A DNA stretch of 63,613 nucleotides, filler included, from Sphacelaria rigidula (GCA_964200075.2; 8 parts of 8 records of this genome joined end to end with filler, not necessarily neighbours in it); one strand, 5' to 3'. Shown: positions 12,674 through 25,121, counted from the whole stretch's first letter. Numbers and translations: made by a program. The notes: generated by a model from the letters alone, not told the origin.

Positions 12674-13706
12674 CAACGAACATGGTTGAACATCTTGCCG
12701 ACACACCAGCCCGAACGGCATCATGCGACAACAACATCGGACCGTTGCTGGATCTGCAATTTGCGGCTCGGAAACGGAGATGGACACCGACCGGATTCCG
12801 GATTGGAGCAAAAACGCTTGAAGCGAACGGCGCAGACTGTACAATCGGGTGTCTTCGTCCGATCGTTTCCGTTGCATCCATGAGACCATTACTCGGAATA
12901 CTCAAAGCTGCGAGACCGGCGCACCGCGCCCAATATGTCCACATGCTGTTGAAAAAGGGCGTTTTGTGCTGTGATGGAACGACTGTTCTGAAACCCAGAT
13001 GTGGCATCGTTCATCTGACCCCATGCGAGGGCGGGCGTCTGTGTTGTAAGAGTCAAACTTGCCCCTACGGCACATTCACTAGACTTGGTCCTGCACAACT
13101 GCATCTAGAATGCACACAGCGTGAACCGGGTTCGAAAATACAAAATACATGAACGACGGTATAGTCGACGTTTGACTATGTACACGACGCGCCACAGCGT
13201 GCGATCACTTTTCCCCCCGACCCGACTTTCATTCTGTTCCACGTCTATGACCCTTCCATAATGCATCATCACTCAGTGCCCGTGAATCTCCTTTTCTCCG
13301 GGAGTGGGCCGAGGTGAACAATTTTCTGTTTGGTGAATGATCGGCGCCAGCTTGCAGCATCAGCATAGCACCATTTGTGGGGGGCATTGTCATTGTTCCG
13401 CGGCGGTGTAGCGTGTTCATCGTTACTGCTGTGGATAAGCACTCAGTTGTCTGTACGTGTTTCTTGGGTTATAGTCCGTCGGTCACGGCGATCAAGCGCT
13501 GGTCTGAAAGGGACATAGATGCAACGGTAACGATCGGAAGAAGACACCCGATTGTACAGTCTGCGCCGTTCGCTTCAAACGTTTTTGCTCCAATCCGGAT
13601 TCCGGTCGTTTTCCATCTCCGTTTCCGAGCCGCAACGGTCTGATGTTGTCGCCGCATGATGCCGTTCGGGCTGGTGTGTCGGCAAGATGTTCACCCACGT
13701 TCGTTG
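12674..13706. mobile_element. ~1.03-kb element with ~200-bp inverted repeats
   Basis: Arms 12674-12882 and 13514-13706 are reverse complements (e.g. GAACATCTTGCCGACACACCAGCCCGAACGGCATCATGCG). ~630-bp interior without a recognisable ORF; no TSD found. Confidence 0.8.
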
Positions 13707-13898
13707 TCGGAGTTTCTTGCCCGCAAGTGGCATCTTTGATACCATATTTTGTGTATACTCTTAGGGCAGTGCGTCTGCTCGCTTGGCTTCACCGCCACGA
13801 GCGCTCGCCTTTGCCACCACCACACTGAAAGTACCCAACGCATTTTAGTACGGCGCACACGATTAGTCTCCCCGGGAGGAACTTCGGGGCTTGGAGTA

Positions 13899-14165
13899 TA
13901 TGACGCCAGCCAGAAGAAAGCTGCTGGATCACTGCTATTTGAGGGACTCCCCAATCGCACTGCCCTCAGTTCCAGTTGTCAGCCTTTACATCACTTCATC
14001 ATCCGGAGTGCCCTTGCAAGCACAGCCTCATAGACCCGTAGGGTATCATCCCCGTGTTCCCCGTCAATATCCAGAATCCTCCCCGACTTCTCCAGAATCA
14101 CCGTGCCCTCGGTCACTATCAAGATCATCGCTACCAACCCAACGCACCGGTGTAACTTCGTCACA
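13899..14165 (-). mobile_element. Putative 3' LTR (~267 bp) of the adjacent chromovirus-like element
   Basis: Minus strand starts TGTGACG after purine-rich GAGGGTGC, just downstream of the pol end, and ends CGTCATA (one transition from CGTCACA). Confidence 0.55.
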
Positions 14166-14244
14166 GCACCCTCAAAGTGCATTGGACAAAAATCGATCAA
14201 CAAGCTTGACACATAGAAAACGCCAAAACGATGAGCAAGTCACA

Positions 14245-15546
14245 ACTAAATATCAAACTCACGCGTAATGCAAGCAGCAACGGTACGAGTCACGCGCAAT
14301 TTACGCAACTCCTTCGTGAGAAATTCCGGAGGGGTCTCAAAAATATCCTAGAAAGGCTCCCACGTACGCTCCTCAACTTCGAAACCAACCCATTCGACCA
14401 ACACGATCAACGAACGGTCGTTTGCTTCTGCCACTCGGACAATGCCAGCCATCAGAAATTACCCCTGATTGAAAGTGTGTTGGAACACGTCCCTAACGTC
14501 AGCCGTAACAGTAAGCTGCGAGTCCGCATAAAAACGCAAACAAGCCACATGGGCAGTCTGAACACGACCCGAAACAATGTTCTGGATCTCAAACACGTGC
14601 GGGTGGTGAGCACCAACCACTTTCCACGGACCAGTTCACGTCGACATCAACTTGGGCGTAACACCCGGACGGCGCAGGCTTGTATAAAAGACATAGTCGC
14701 CTACAAAAATTCGGCACTTCCAGCCCCGACGAGGACCCCTCACGTCTACGCGCACGTTCAGCGGCAACACGCTCCTGCACTTGAACGTGGAAACGTTCTT
14801 GCAAGTCCAAGACTCCTTGCGATGCACGCTTAATTTGACCATAATCCAAGACATCACAATTCCGTTCCCACGCCGACGAGGACGCCAACACCGAGAAAGA
14901 CGTCCGAGGAGCGCGACCAAGCATCACGTGGTACGGCGTACTATCGTAACGACGACGATACGCTGTTTCGAACGCCCATTGCACCGCAGGCAACACGTCC
15001 ACCCACTCGAAAACTCTTTACGCTGCTCGAGAAGAATAGAGCGAAGAGCACGAACTGCTTTCTAGACCATGCTTTCGCACGTGCGGTTAGACCACGGAGA
15101 ATGTGCCACCGCAAACTGGTGTTCAACGTGCAAAGCCTGTCGTAGTCGAACCAAGATCGTATTCTTGAAATGCGTGGCAATATCACTCACCCACACACGC
15201 GGCACCCCCAAAGTTTTGCACCAATTTAGCAAAGATGCAGCAGTTGATTCAGCAGTACACATTACTACTGGTTCCAGAGACATGAAGTTGCTCAGATCAC
15301 CCATGATACCCAAAATGTATCGAAACCCAGCATCCCCCGACGAACCTTGGGAAGCTACCGGGCCACTCACTCTCGCTCACGTACAAGAAGTCAAAATGAA
15401 CGACTTCATTCGGTATGGTCCTTTAGGCCGTTTCACCGAGCAGTTGGTGAACAACATCGCCCGCCCTCGAATCAGCACAGTAAAGACACTGGCGGACAAA
15501 GTCGCGTACATGAGTTTCCATCCCATGCCAAACACAAAACTCTTGC
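14245..15546 (-). pseudogene. Ty3/Gypsy integrase with GPY/F-type motif and chromodomain (decayed)
   Basis: VRQCLYCAD (Zn finger end); VVHFDFLYV..RYILGIMGD..RVWVSD..SPWSNRTCE core; TGPWKVV; chromodomain VLVEWVGFEVEERTWEP (~14355-14405). Same lineage as the integrase at 4030-4530. Confidence 0.88.
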
Positions 15547-15790
15547 GAGTCATCCTACGATAGGGGGGGGGGGTATTTTGGGCCACTTCTTGCACGAAAT
15601 TCCAAGTCAAATCATCCTTGAAAGGAGAAACGGTTGCTTGAACGAGCTTGTTATAGATATATAACGCTCGTTCATACTGATTGACACCGTTTTGAACTAA
15701 ATACAAGCGCACTGCGAGTGTGGCAGGTCGTTTGACACACTTTTTAGCCTCTTTTTTTCGTGCAATCAACCCCCCCCCCCCCTATCGACT
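15547..15790. mobile_element. Sola2-like MITE (G-type terminus) truncating the integrase
   Basis: GAGTCATCCTACGATAGGGGG at 15547; partial inverted copy CCCCCCTATCG at ~15777-15787. Confidence 0.55.
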
Positions 15791-15829
15791 TTGTAGGGGC
15801 GAACCCCCGACGGGGTTGGCGTGGGGGGG

Positions 15830-15929
15830 NNNNNNNNNNNNNNNNNNNNNNNNNNNNNNNNNNNNNNNNNNNNTTAATTAATTAANNNNNNNNNNNNNNN
15901 NNNNNNNNNNNNNNNNNNNNNNNNNNNNN
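15830..15929. other. Artificial contig linker
   Basis: N44-TTAATTAATTAA-N44. Confidence 0.99.
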
Positions 15930-15932
15930 CTA

Positions 15933-16057
15933 GCCAATGTCGCCAATATGAGGTGCTTCATGCAGCCTGAACCCGAACATCAGGCGCTGTATGGCCATTT
16001 TTTTTCGTGACACTTTTTTTAGCTGATTTTGGGGGTGGGGCTATCGTAGAAAGTGTC
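15933..16057. mobile_element. Sola2-like MITE family C, partial (contig start)
   Basis: Body homologous to 9826-9947; ends GGGGCTATCGTAGAAAGTGTC. Confidence 0.75.
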
Positions 16058-16063
16058 CTAACA

Positions 16064-16830
16064 TTAACCCTTTTGGAACCCACGGACGATTCTTGTTTTT
16101 GTGAATCGGCAACATTTTGACTTGAAAATGACTGAAAATGGTGCAGATTCACAACAACAGAAATCCCCAATAATATGGGTTTCAAAATGGTTGAAAAAAT
16201 CGGCTTGTAGTTTTTTTTTCGTTTTTTTCACGAGTTTTTAGGAGAGTTTGAAGGAAAAATGGACAATGTTCTCGGGCCTCATCTCAGTTTTCCAACTAAA
16301 TATTCGTAGAATTGTGATTTGAAACTTAGCATGGAGAATCGCAAAGGCATGCTGATTTTTTTTGTTTTTTTATTTGGAGAAATATGGGCGATGTCGTGAA
16401 AATATGATATTTACTCTATGCTAAAAGGTATTACAACACAAATGAAAAAATCAACCTGTCCTACTTATTTTTGTTCATTAAGGCCTAGCGAAGTCCCACA
16501 CATTTCTTTTAAACACAAGTATCAAACCTGGGCCGGTAAATGGCCTGCAAAATACTATTCCGAATTTCGCCCGACCGGATTTCTAAAACGCCCCGTCAAG
16601 CCTTAATTTTGAGAGTTGGACTTTCAAATTTGGTAGGAAGAATAAAAATGAGTAGGACATAATAATAGCAAGAAAGAAAAAAAAATCGCGACCCAAATGT
16701 GTTTATTTCCTCCCTACCAATTTTGAAAGTCCAACAACTCTCAAAAGTTGAGCCTAGACCGGATCTACAAACCACAAAAAAATCGCGTCTTGGCCGGCCC
16801 AGCTCGTAAATAATACAGTTGACCACCAGC
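16064..16830 (+). mobile_element. piggyBac-type terminal region (family F)
   Basis: TTAA|CCCTTTTGGAACC start; body homologous to 31858-32530 (TGGGCCGGTAAATGGCCTGCAAA.TACT.TTCCGAATTTC in both). Confidence 0.65.
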
Positions 16831-17135
16831 CGATGTGAGTTAATGCCAACTTCACAAAAAAATACTGTCATATATATCATGCCTATTTGCAGCTACGCTG
16901 TTGCTTTGGCAACGACACCCACGATCCAAGCAGCAAGAAGATGCGATGGATGCAAATACCGGCGGGAACTACTATACTTAAACATGTCAAAAGTGACCGT
17001 GAAAAATGAACGATCCTACGGTGGGAGCTGTGTCGTTTCGGAATAGTTGTTTATATCCTCTCTCATCGAGCAAGCTCAGGCGCCAACCTCACTGCTAACC
17101 GGCACCAGCCCAAAGTAGAACGAATCTCTATAGAC

Positions 17136-17669
17136 ATGGAGGAAACATCTCGGCGTGCCCCGGGCCGCCGCAGCACCGAAGAAAGCAGTGGAAGTAGATG
17201 GTGGATGCGAGTCGGACGCTCACTGCTGGGCGCCCCTTTATCATTCATCTCGCCTAGACAACACTCCGACAGAAGCAGCCTCCCTCAAGCGAGCCGATCA
17301 GGGGAGGTGGTTAAACCTACGAGCAGTACTACCGCAGAGAAGGAAGAGGACAGACAAGACATTATGGACCGTGGTTCTGGAGCCGCACTCGCAAGGCAGC
17401 GACCCGAAACGTCCGCTATCACTAGTCGTGGCTATGTCGTTGGAGAAAGAAGGGAGCCCTTGAACAACGAGCAGTGTGCTGCTAGATGGCAAGGCGGTGC
17501 GGTCGAGCGAGCTGCGCTGGAGCGGCAGTTACACAGCGAGTTACCTCTAGTCTGGATGTTTCTGCGTGAGCGGGAGGGTTGGAGCTTCGTGAACCAAAAG
17601 AGCTGGGACGTATGCCGACCGCGGCGCGGGAATGAGACGGATGTTATGAATCCTCTACCGCAGTCTCAG
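17136..17669 (+). CDS. Putative first exon / ORF of unknown function
   Basis: ATG-initiated open frame with candidate donor CAG|GTCAGT at 17669/17670; motif VWMFLREREGWSF. No in-frame downstream exon found. Confidence 0.3.
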
Positions 17670-20600
17670 GTCAGTTCCTCGTCAGCTTGGTTATCTTGGC
17701 TAGAGGTGTGCTTCTTGAACCACCCAAAACACAACACAACAAACGCGTCAAGTACCGGCAACAGGAACAAACGCATATATGTACAGACTGGACAGTCCTT
17801 GGCCAAAATAACTTGAAAAAAGCAACACATTTTGGGGAACGGAATCTGGTCTATCTTCATCCGTTCGCGCGCTGTGTTGACTGTTGTTTCAGCGCCCAAC
17901 CCCAGATACAGACACACGAGCTTATGGACTCTAGTTTACATGAAACGTGACCGAAGGCATCTCCGCAGGGGATAACTGGATGACTCTTGTACAGATTCTC
18001 ATTATACCAGTACAGATCTATGCTTGCTATTAATAGCTCTGCCTCCTCTCAGGTGCTCATGATGTAGAAGCGATTGCACCACCACCGTGTCCAGCCATGT
18101 ATTCAATCCACGGGTGCACGAATTCTGGGCTGCGAGATAGCCGTTTTGAGGGCGTATCGACGGTATTTCCCAAAATCGGTATTGGCCTTAATTAATATTC
18201 TCGCAGGCCGATAGGAGCCGCCGACCGGTGTACATACCACGCTGTCTTTGTTGTGCCCGACTAGTGCACCAAGTTTGACGTGGTGGCTTCAGCCGCGGTC
18301 GAGAAATTTTCTTCACATTTCACAAGTAAAATTGTTGTAAAAGAACCCGAGGAGGCACAAGTCAACCATCGAAATATACATCAGCTGCGATTACGCCGCG
18401 TACCCCACCTACCCAAAGATGTCGGCGTAACCTCTGCACCTCTGAAGCAGCATGGCAGAGATGGGGACAAGCGCCCAAGCGTATATCACAGCGCTGCGCT
18501 TCAGGGTTCTGTACATTGCCCCCCCCATGCCTTATGCTTCAAAATGTGTCGACAGCTTAGTTCGTTGCAGTCAGAGGTATGCCGCAGATGCTATATGGCG
18601 CGCGAGTGTCACTGTGTCACTGCCTTCATGCCGTCGATCTTGTCGGTACAGGACCCATACATGGAGATGATTTTATAGTTAATTAAATTATTTGCGCGAA
18701 GCGCGATTATGGCCGAGCGTTCAAGATCGGCCCCCGGCAAACACTAAGGACCCTTTTAACTTCAGCCGAAGAACTAATCGTAAAGCACCGGGACATGTCC
18801 CGTTTCATTGCACTGCAGCACAAACACACTCGCGTCCGCTCTCGTGTGTTGTAGCTATCACTGTTCTGTGGTGTGTTCAGACCTTGCAAAGAAGTTCTGG
18901 TCTCCGCTGAGATTGCCTGAGCTGCTGTAATGTTGTGTTCGTTTCTCTGCAAAATATTGTAGTGTCAGTCGGGACGCAGTGCGGCCTATACACACTTGAC
19001 TGTCGAATACTTCATGTTACCCGGACCTATCACTTGCGCGATACCGAACATCGCTGGGTAAAGACACACAACCAGCACCGGTATACACCGCTCGATCGGC
19101 TGGGTCAGACCCCGTGCTCCGATGAAAGGAGCAACTCACTGCACAGTACAGATATACTGCACCGCTAGGGTACTGCTTCCACTCGTCAGCATGGCGGCTG
19201 CTGCCGCTGGCATCGGCGACAGCACTCGCGGCCACGGAAAGACACAACCAGCCATACGATGGAGATATACCGATACACGAGCATGGTAATGACCGACTGC
19301 GGCGGCAATGTACCACTCGCTGTCTGCTTGTCTTCTTGCAGCTTCGTTTCTCTGCTGCTGTTCTATCCGTCCCGGCGCTACTGTTCACTCCTGCACTGTA
19401 ATACGTATACTACAGGTGTGACTCGAGTCTGCGAGCCAATCACGAGCATTTTTCACTGCATGATTAACTACGAGGGTCGCATTTTATTGGTGCTAGATTC
19501 CGCCGATTCCTCACGGAAAGGCCTCTGATTGATTGAATTTTTGTCCCCATGTGTGGACGTTGTACCATCTTGGGCTAACTACCCCGAGCTAGAAAAATTA
19601 TAGAAAACAAATCGTACCCAGAAACATTTCACACAGACAGGACAGTGTAGAAACATCCTGTCTGTGAAGTACAGTAGAGTACAGTACATACCGACACATT
19701 TCAGTACACAACAGTACGCCGCTCTGGACGGGGCACGGCAGTGTACACTATATTTCAATACCCGGCAGTACAGCATAGTGCACAGTACAGCATGCCACGC
19801 AACATCACATGGTGGTAACGGTATCTTGTGTATTTTCATGTCATCGTACGCCCGACTGTACCATGCGCGAGATTGTACTATACAAAAAACTACACGAGAG
19901 TACAGAGGAGTTCAGTAGAGTACCTAGGACCGAAGCTTGTAAGAGCACGGCGGCAGGCGCAGTGCGCCAAGTTGATGGGGGTTTTAGTGGGAGATACCCC
20001 TACACTGCCTTGAGCAAAGCTTGTGAAGGCTCGAGGCCTACTCCACGTGACTGCCGCGAGGCAGTCTGGCCGAGCCTCCGGATAATTGGCACACGGACCT
20101 GCTTGCGGGGACAGTGTTGGGTCAGGTTGACTCCTTCCGTCAAGGAAAAAAAAAAAAAACAGCACCCAACAATACACCGCTCTGGACCGTGCACGGCAGT
20201 TTACACTACAAGTAGGTACCGGAGATAACAACAGCATACAACAGCAGCTGGCAGTAAACAGTGTGTCTTGCGTTGTCATCCCATTGCGCGCCGCACTGCA
20301 CTGTGAGCGACGGTATACAGGCAGAACTGTACAGTAGAGTACAGTCATATAACAGCGCAGGGAGTACAATACATTACATACTTCAAAATTTGAAAAAATT
20401 GTGCGGTTTTTCAGGTTTGAAGACAGCCCGAATTGGCTACCAGGCATGCATGCACACAATCGTGTCGTGATATTTGCCCTCAAAAGCGAATGGCATGTTT
20501 TTTTTCCCACGTGGACTCCATGCTTTATGGGCTAGCCCGTACGTATCCTTTCAGTCCGGTGCTTCCACCTTGGCCGCCACCTATCGGCGTTGGATTGTGC

Positions 20601-22155
20601 ACACAGTGCACCAGTGGAGAGCAACACTATGCAAACTACCTCTACTTGTATCCGATACACCTATTATTGTTGCATGCTCAAGAGGCTGCCCATCTTCGAT
20701 CGTTGTCATTGTCCATTCATGTCCGTCTTTTCTCCACAGTACGTAACGTGTAAGCGGGACAGTATGCCCCACCGCTGTCAGTCCCTTACACGCATCACTT
20801 CTGCTTTTTACCAAGACCCGTCCAACTCCTATGCAAGAAACGTTTCACTCGTCCCGCGAGCCCCCACCAAGTAAAAAGCTGGTGGCCCAACACCCACAGT
20901 ACTGGGCAAGGTGGAGTGAGCCTGCTGATCGTGGGGGCACCTCATACATATACATGCTACAGTAGACATGCGCAGAGGCAACCAAAGAGGGAAGGAAGGT
21001 TGACGAGGAAGCAGTCATTTCAAAGCTGCATATTGATTCGATCAATTGGTTGTCGCACATTTTAACTAATCCCCGAAGGATGCAACCGCGATCATAACAT
21101 GAACGTCCGTACCTAAGGTGAACACAACGGAAATGTGTGCTGCAAAGAAACAAGAGGTGGACAACAAAACGAACCAAAAAAATAGAATCGACAGAAGGAG
21201 TAAAGCGAGGAGCAAAAAAAACCTCATGCAGGGGAAAAAAAAAAGGAAATGGATGCATAGAAGAACCGAAAACAACTGAAAGTGTAATGAACTTGGAAAT
21301 GAATCTTGAAATGGCCGGCCTGTGCAGCATGGTGTCACGTGAACAAGAAATACAGGCTGTGCCCGTAAAGCACATGCACCCGTGAACAAGAGCAAAACAA
21401 AAGGGTCGTGGGAGTAGATCGCGACTCGGCTATTTCGCACTATGCTGTTTGGGCATGAGCCCTGACTCACTCACGAGCCCCACCGAAGCAAGGTACCAAG
21501 TTGCCACTATATCAACATCAAGAGTCCAGAAATAGCGAGAGAGAGGGAAGGAGGGGGGGAGGGAAAGGAGACAGAAACGAAGAAAACTAAGGAAACGACG
21601 AAATTCAAGAACACAGTTGAGTACAACCGGGGAAGACCGCGAGAGCACACGCCGAGGCAAAAGTCAAGGACAAACAAGAGAGCACGGCGGTGGATCAGCT
21701 CCCGTGTTAACCTAGGTGGAAGCACATGTGGTATTCACCAATTCTCACATTTCCAAAACATAGGGTGACTGCACTTCCTCGCCAAATTCGTGAGCTAATT
21801 GATAGGACTGCACTTCCCACGAGTTTGTAGAAACAAGAGGGGACACACATGATTTACGGCCATCGAAAGGGGGTGTCGCATCTTGAGAGAGTGACACAAC
21901 TTTCTCCTCCCCGCCACACTGCAATTAAAACGTTGAGCTTGTCCAAAACATGTTTTTTCTCGCGTTGGGCGTGGCACCAAATTCCGAAGAGGGCTTTGAA
22001 AGGTGGAACTCTAGGGTTATTGCGCAGTTTTTGAGATTTGCGAGTTGCTACGGACACTCTGACCGCCCTACCAACCCCCCCCGCCCCCCGCCGACCCGTC
22101 CTACCCCTCCTTCCTCGTCAACCCCTCGTTTCCAATCCAGCTGCCTAGCTATATT

Positions 22156-23793
22156 ATGGCCCACCCCAGACTTCTCTGCAGATACCAACACTGGCGACGC
22201 GAAAAATCTATTCGCATCGCGCGAGCCGTTAGCGACGACAGCGACTCTGATGTGGGCACAGTCCCATCAGAAGCAGACCCGAGTTCCCCCACTCGACCGC
22301 AGCACGACCGCCAGCCACAGCCAGAACATGGTGAATCTTCCCTTCCGGTGGGTGCAACAGCTTCTGCTGCGTCGCCGCCGCAGTCGGCTTCTACGAAGTC
22401 GCCCGTGTCCCACCGCAATCGAAACAGTTCTTCCCCCACGCCCTCACCGCCTCGACCGGCAAGCAAAGCGCCTCGAAGCAAGCAGCCCGGTGTGCTGAGC
22501 GTGCACGAGCTCGCGAGCTCACCCGCCGCCGCAGCTGCTACCGAAACTAGCGAAGTGCTCCCCTTCGCGGCCACGGGTGTGACGACGAACGCTGCCCCGG
22601 AATTCACAGGGGGGCGCTCGGCGGTGGCCGCATATGTTGCCGGCTTTGCATCAGCCGAAACTATTCCGTCGACTAGTGGTACGGCGTCAACGGCGACTCC
22701 TGCCGCCACCGCTGATATGGATGTAGATCTCAACGCCGAGAATAATCCGGAGGTGCAGCAACCCAGCACAATACAGGAGAATCCTGCGGCCGCCGGTGCA
22801 GGACTGGCACCCCCCCCCGGCGAAGCGTCGATAAGTCCCCCGACAGCGACGATGGACATAGATGACGACTTAAACACCAAGAGCGTTTGGGGGGAACGGA
22901 TCAAAGACGGCTCTATAAATCCCGCGTCTTCAACTGACATGGATCAACGAGCAGCTGAAGTGGTGTCCCCAGGTGAAACAAGTGGAGATATCGTTGCCAG
23001 CGACAACTCGGGGCTACTCTCTCGGGGAAAACGGCGGCAACACGAATTATCGACGATTTCCTCGACCGTCTCAGACACGGATCCCGATCACGAAAATCCG
23101 AAGCGGCGGTGGCGGTTCGGCGGAGAAGATCCCGTTGACGTCGCACCCACCGCCGATTCAGCTCGTGAGGCGGACCCTGTCCCCGACCACGAGAGTTCGG
23201 GGCAGCGGGGTGCCGCCCACGTCGTAGAAGCCTCGCCGCCCGCGTGTCGTACGCGCAGCCGATTCTCCCCGAGGCCGTCTTTACCACTTGACGCCATCGA
23301 CGCGTTGAGGTGGAGGGCGGGCATAGACACAGGGCGGGAGGATGAGGAAGGAGAAGCCACGAGTAATGCTGGTAGCAGTAGCCATAGCAGTGCCAGTCGC
23401 GTATCATCTGGGGTCTCTAGTGTCGGTGAAGCAAGTGTTGCAGACGGTGAGACGGGACACAGCGATCGTAATGGTGGACCGAGGACAGCAAAAATGACGT
23501 CGAGATCCGCGACACAGCGGCGACGCGGCGCGTCCGATACGAGAGGGAGAACCCCGAGCAGGAAGGCGGCGGGCAGCAGGCGCGCGGGAGAGTCTAGTGA
23601 GGTGGCAGCGAGGACCCCGAACAGGAAGGCGGCGGGCAGCAGGCGCGCGGAAGATGCTGGTGAGGTGGCAGCGAGGACCCCGAACAGGAAGGCGGCGGGC
23701 AGCAGGCGCGCGGGAGAGTCTAGTGAGGTGGCAGCGAGGACCCCGAACAGGAAGGCGGCGGGCAGCAGGCGCGCGGAAGAGGCTGGAGAGGTG
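22156..23793 (+). CDS. Long intronless low-complexity (S/A/P/R-rich) ORF, open to contig end, with 21-aa C-terminal repeats
   Basis: 546 codons without a stop in GC-rich DNA; no recognisable domain. Confidence 0.5.
23548..23793 (+). repeat. 63-bp minisatellite with alternating variants (126-bp higher-order unit)
   Basis: Units start at 23548, 23611, 23674 and 23737 and encode RTP(S/N)RKAAGSRRA-GESSEVAA / -E(D/E)AGEVAA alternately; truncated by the contig end. Confidence 0.95.
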
Positions 23794-23893
23794 NNNNNNN
23801 NNNNNNNNNNNNNNNNNNNNNNNNNNNNNNNNNNNNNTTAATTAATTAANNNNNNNNNNNNNNNNNNNNNNNNNNNNNNNNNNNNNNNNNNNN
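23794..23893. other. Artificial contig linker
   Basis: N44-TTAATTAATTAA-N44. Confidence 0.99.
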
Positions 23894-24157
23894 TCAACAC
23901 AGGAGCTTTTTTCTTTTCTATTCGTTTTTAGTACCCCACCTTCCTTCTGCGGCGCTTACCTTTATTTTTTATCGCGAGAGGGGTTCAGCAGTCCATTTCC
24001 CTCATCGACCGATAAGTCGAACTTTGTGTACCCACGACACAGTCGCTCTCCATTGTTGGGCATGAGAAAAAACTCGAAGATCACTCCGAGATTTGAACCC
24101 ACGACCCAACCGTAGGAAGGTTTCGTGGTTACCAACTGAGCCACCGGGGCGACCGGC
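23894..24157 (-). mobile_element. tRNA-derived SINE, 5' part with Pol III A and B boxes
   Basis: A box TGGCTCAGTTGG (24143-24132) and B box GGTTCAAATC (24099-24090); body matches 59659-59799 and partly 25122-25190. Confidence 0.85.
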
Positions 24158-24166
24158 GTTGAATAA

Positions 24167-24644
24167 CTAAACTCAATATATCACGAGGCACTGAATGCCC
24201 CAAATAACAGCCAATATCAAGAGCGGCCTCTCGAGCATGGAGTTGAAATATATATATATGAGGACCAACCCAAAAGCCGTGCTTTCCCTGACCTAAATTC
24301 ATGACAAATTACTTTCATACGGGCGATCTCATCCCTCCCGACCTCCCTGAAACTATGTCGGGGGATTCCTGGCCTTCCGTTCCCCCGAAGGGTATGTGCG
24401 AAAGCACACTCGTGCCTCCATATCGGGGTGAAAACAGGACGTTTATGGCCCAAACGTCGTGCTTTCGCACATACCCTGTGAGGAAACGAAAGGCCAAAAT
24501 TCCCCCGACATGGTGTCAGGGAGGTCGGGAGGGATGGAATCGTCCGTATGGAAGTAATTTGTCATGAATTTAGGTCAGGGAAAACACGGTTTTCGGGTTG
24601 AACCTCATCTTTTTGTTTCAACCCTCATTTTCGAGAATCCACTG
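24167..24644. repeat. Hairpin module B (24229-24636) with leader; first copy of a ~480-bp direct duplication
   Basis: Arms TCTCGAGCATGGAGTTGAAA..CCCTGACCTAAATTCATGACAAATTAC.. / ..GTAATTTGTCATGAATTTAGGTCAGGG..TTTCAACCCTCATTTTCGAGA; repeated at 25285-25776. Confidence 0.9.
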
Positions 24645-25087
24645 CTCAGTCATCGATATTGAGGATGGGGCTTTTCATTGAGGATGAGAACCCGGAGGAT
24701 TCAAGTATCCGCGCCCACACCAAACCTTCGAAACATTGCTCCATTCTTTCATCTACTGGTAGCTATTGACAACTGCTACACGCCCTAAAAAATTAGATTT
24801 CGATAACGGAAATGTTGGGATCCTAGAAGATGGAGAAAAAATTCGAGGAATTTCGGTGATCCGATCGGATCGCCGAAATTCCTCGAAATTGGTTCTTCAC
24901 GTGGGACTCCGACATTTCGGTCATCGAAACCAAAATTTGTACGACGTGAAGGACTTGTCAATAGCTACCAGTAGGTGAAAGATTGAGGCAATGTTTCAAA
25001 CATTTGGTGTGGATAGAAAGATTGTATTCCCCCGGGTTCTCATCCTCAATGAAAAGCTCCATCCTCAATTTCGATGATTGAACCGTG
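24640..25087. repeat. Hairpin module A' (diverged relative of foldback family A)
   Basis: Palindrome centred on GAGGAATTTCGGTGATCCGATCGGATCGCCGAAATTCCTC (~24864); shares TAGCTATTGACAACTGCTACACGCC with family A. Confidence 0.88.
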
Positions 25088-25121
25088 GATTCTCGAACAT
25101 GGGCTTGAAAAAATGATGAGC

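Noticed and set aside
19660-20370. CAGTA/TACAG-rich stretches as a structured array
   Set aside because: No constant period or unit; diffuse low-complexity sequence also seen near 5030-5530 and 33960-34110.
22149-22940. 263-aa antisense ORF overlapping the long plus-strand ORF
   Set aside because: Expected shadow ORF in GC-rich, low-complexity coding DNA; no motif.
23548-23793. CRISPR-like array (constant repeat with short variable part)
   Set aside because: The variable segments are ~11 bp and merely alternate between two variants, the unit is in-frame coding, the context is eukaryotic and there are no cas genes.
24080-24157. tRNA gene
   Set aside because: A and B boxes are present but there is no convincing acceptor or anticodon stem, and it is fused to a multi-copy body, so it is a SINE head.
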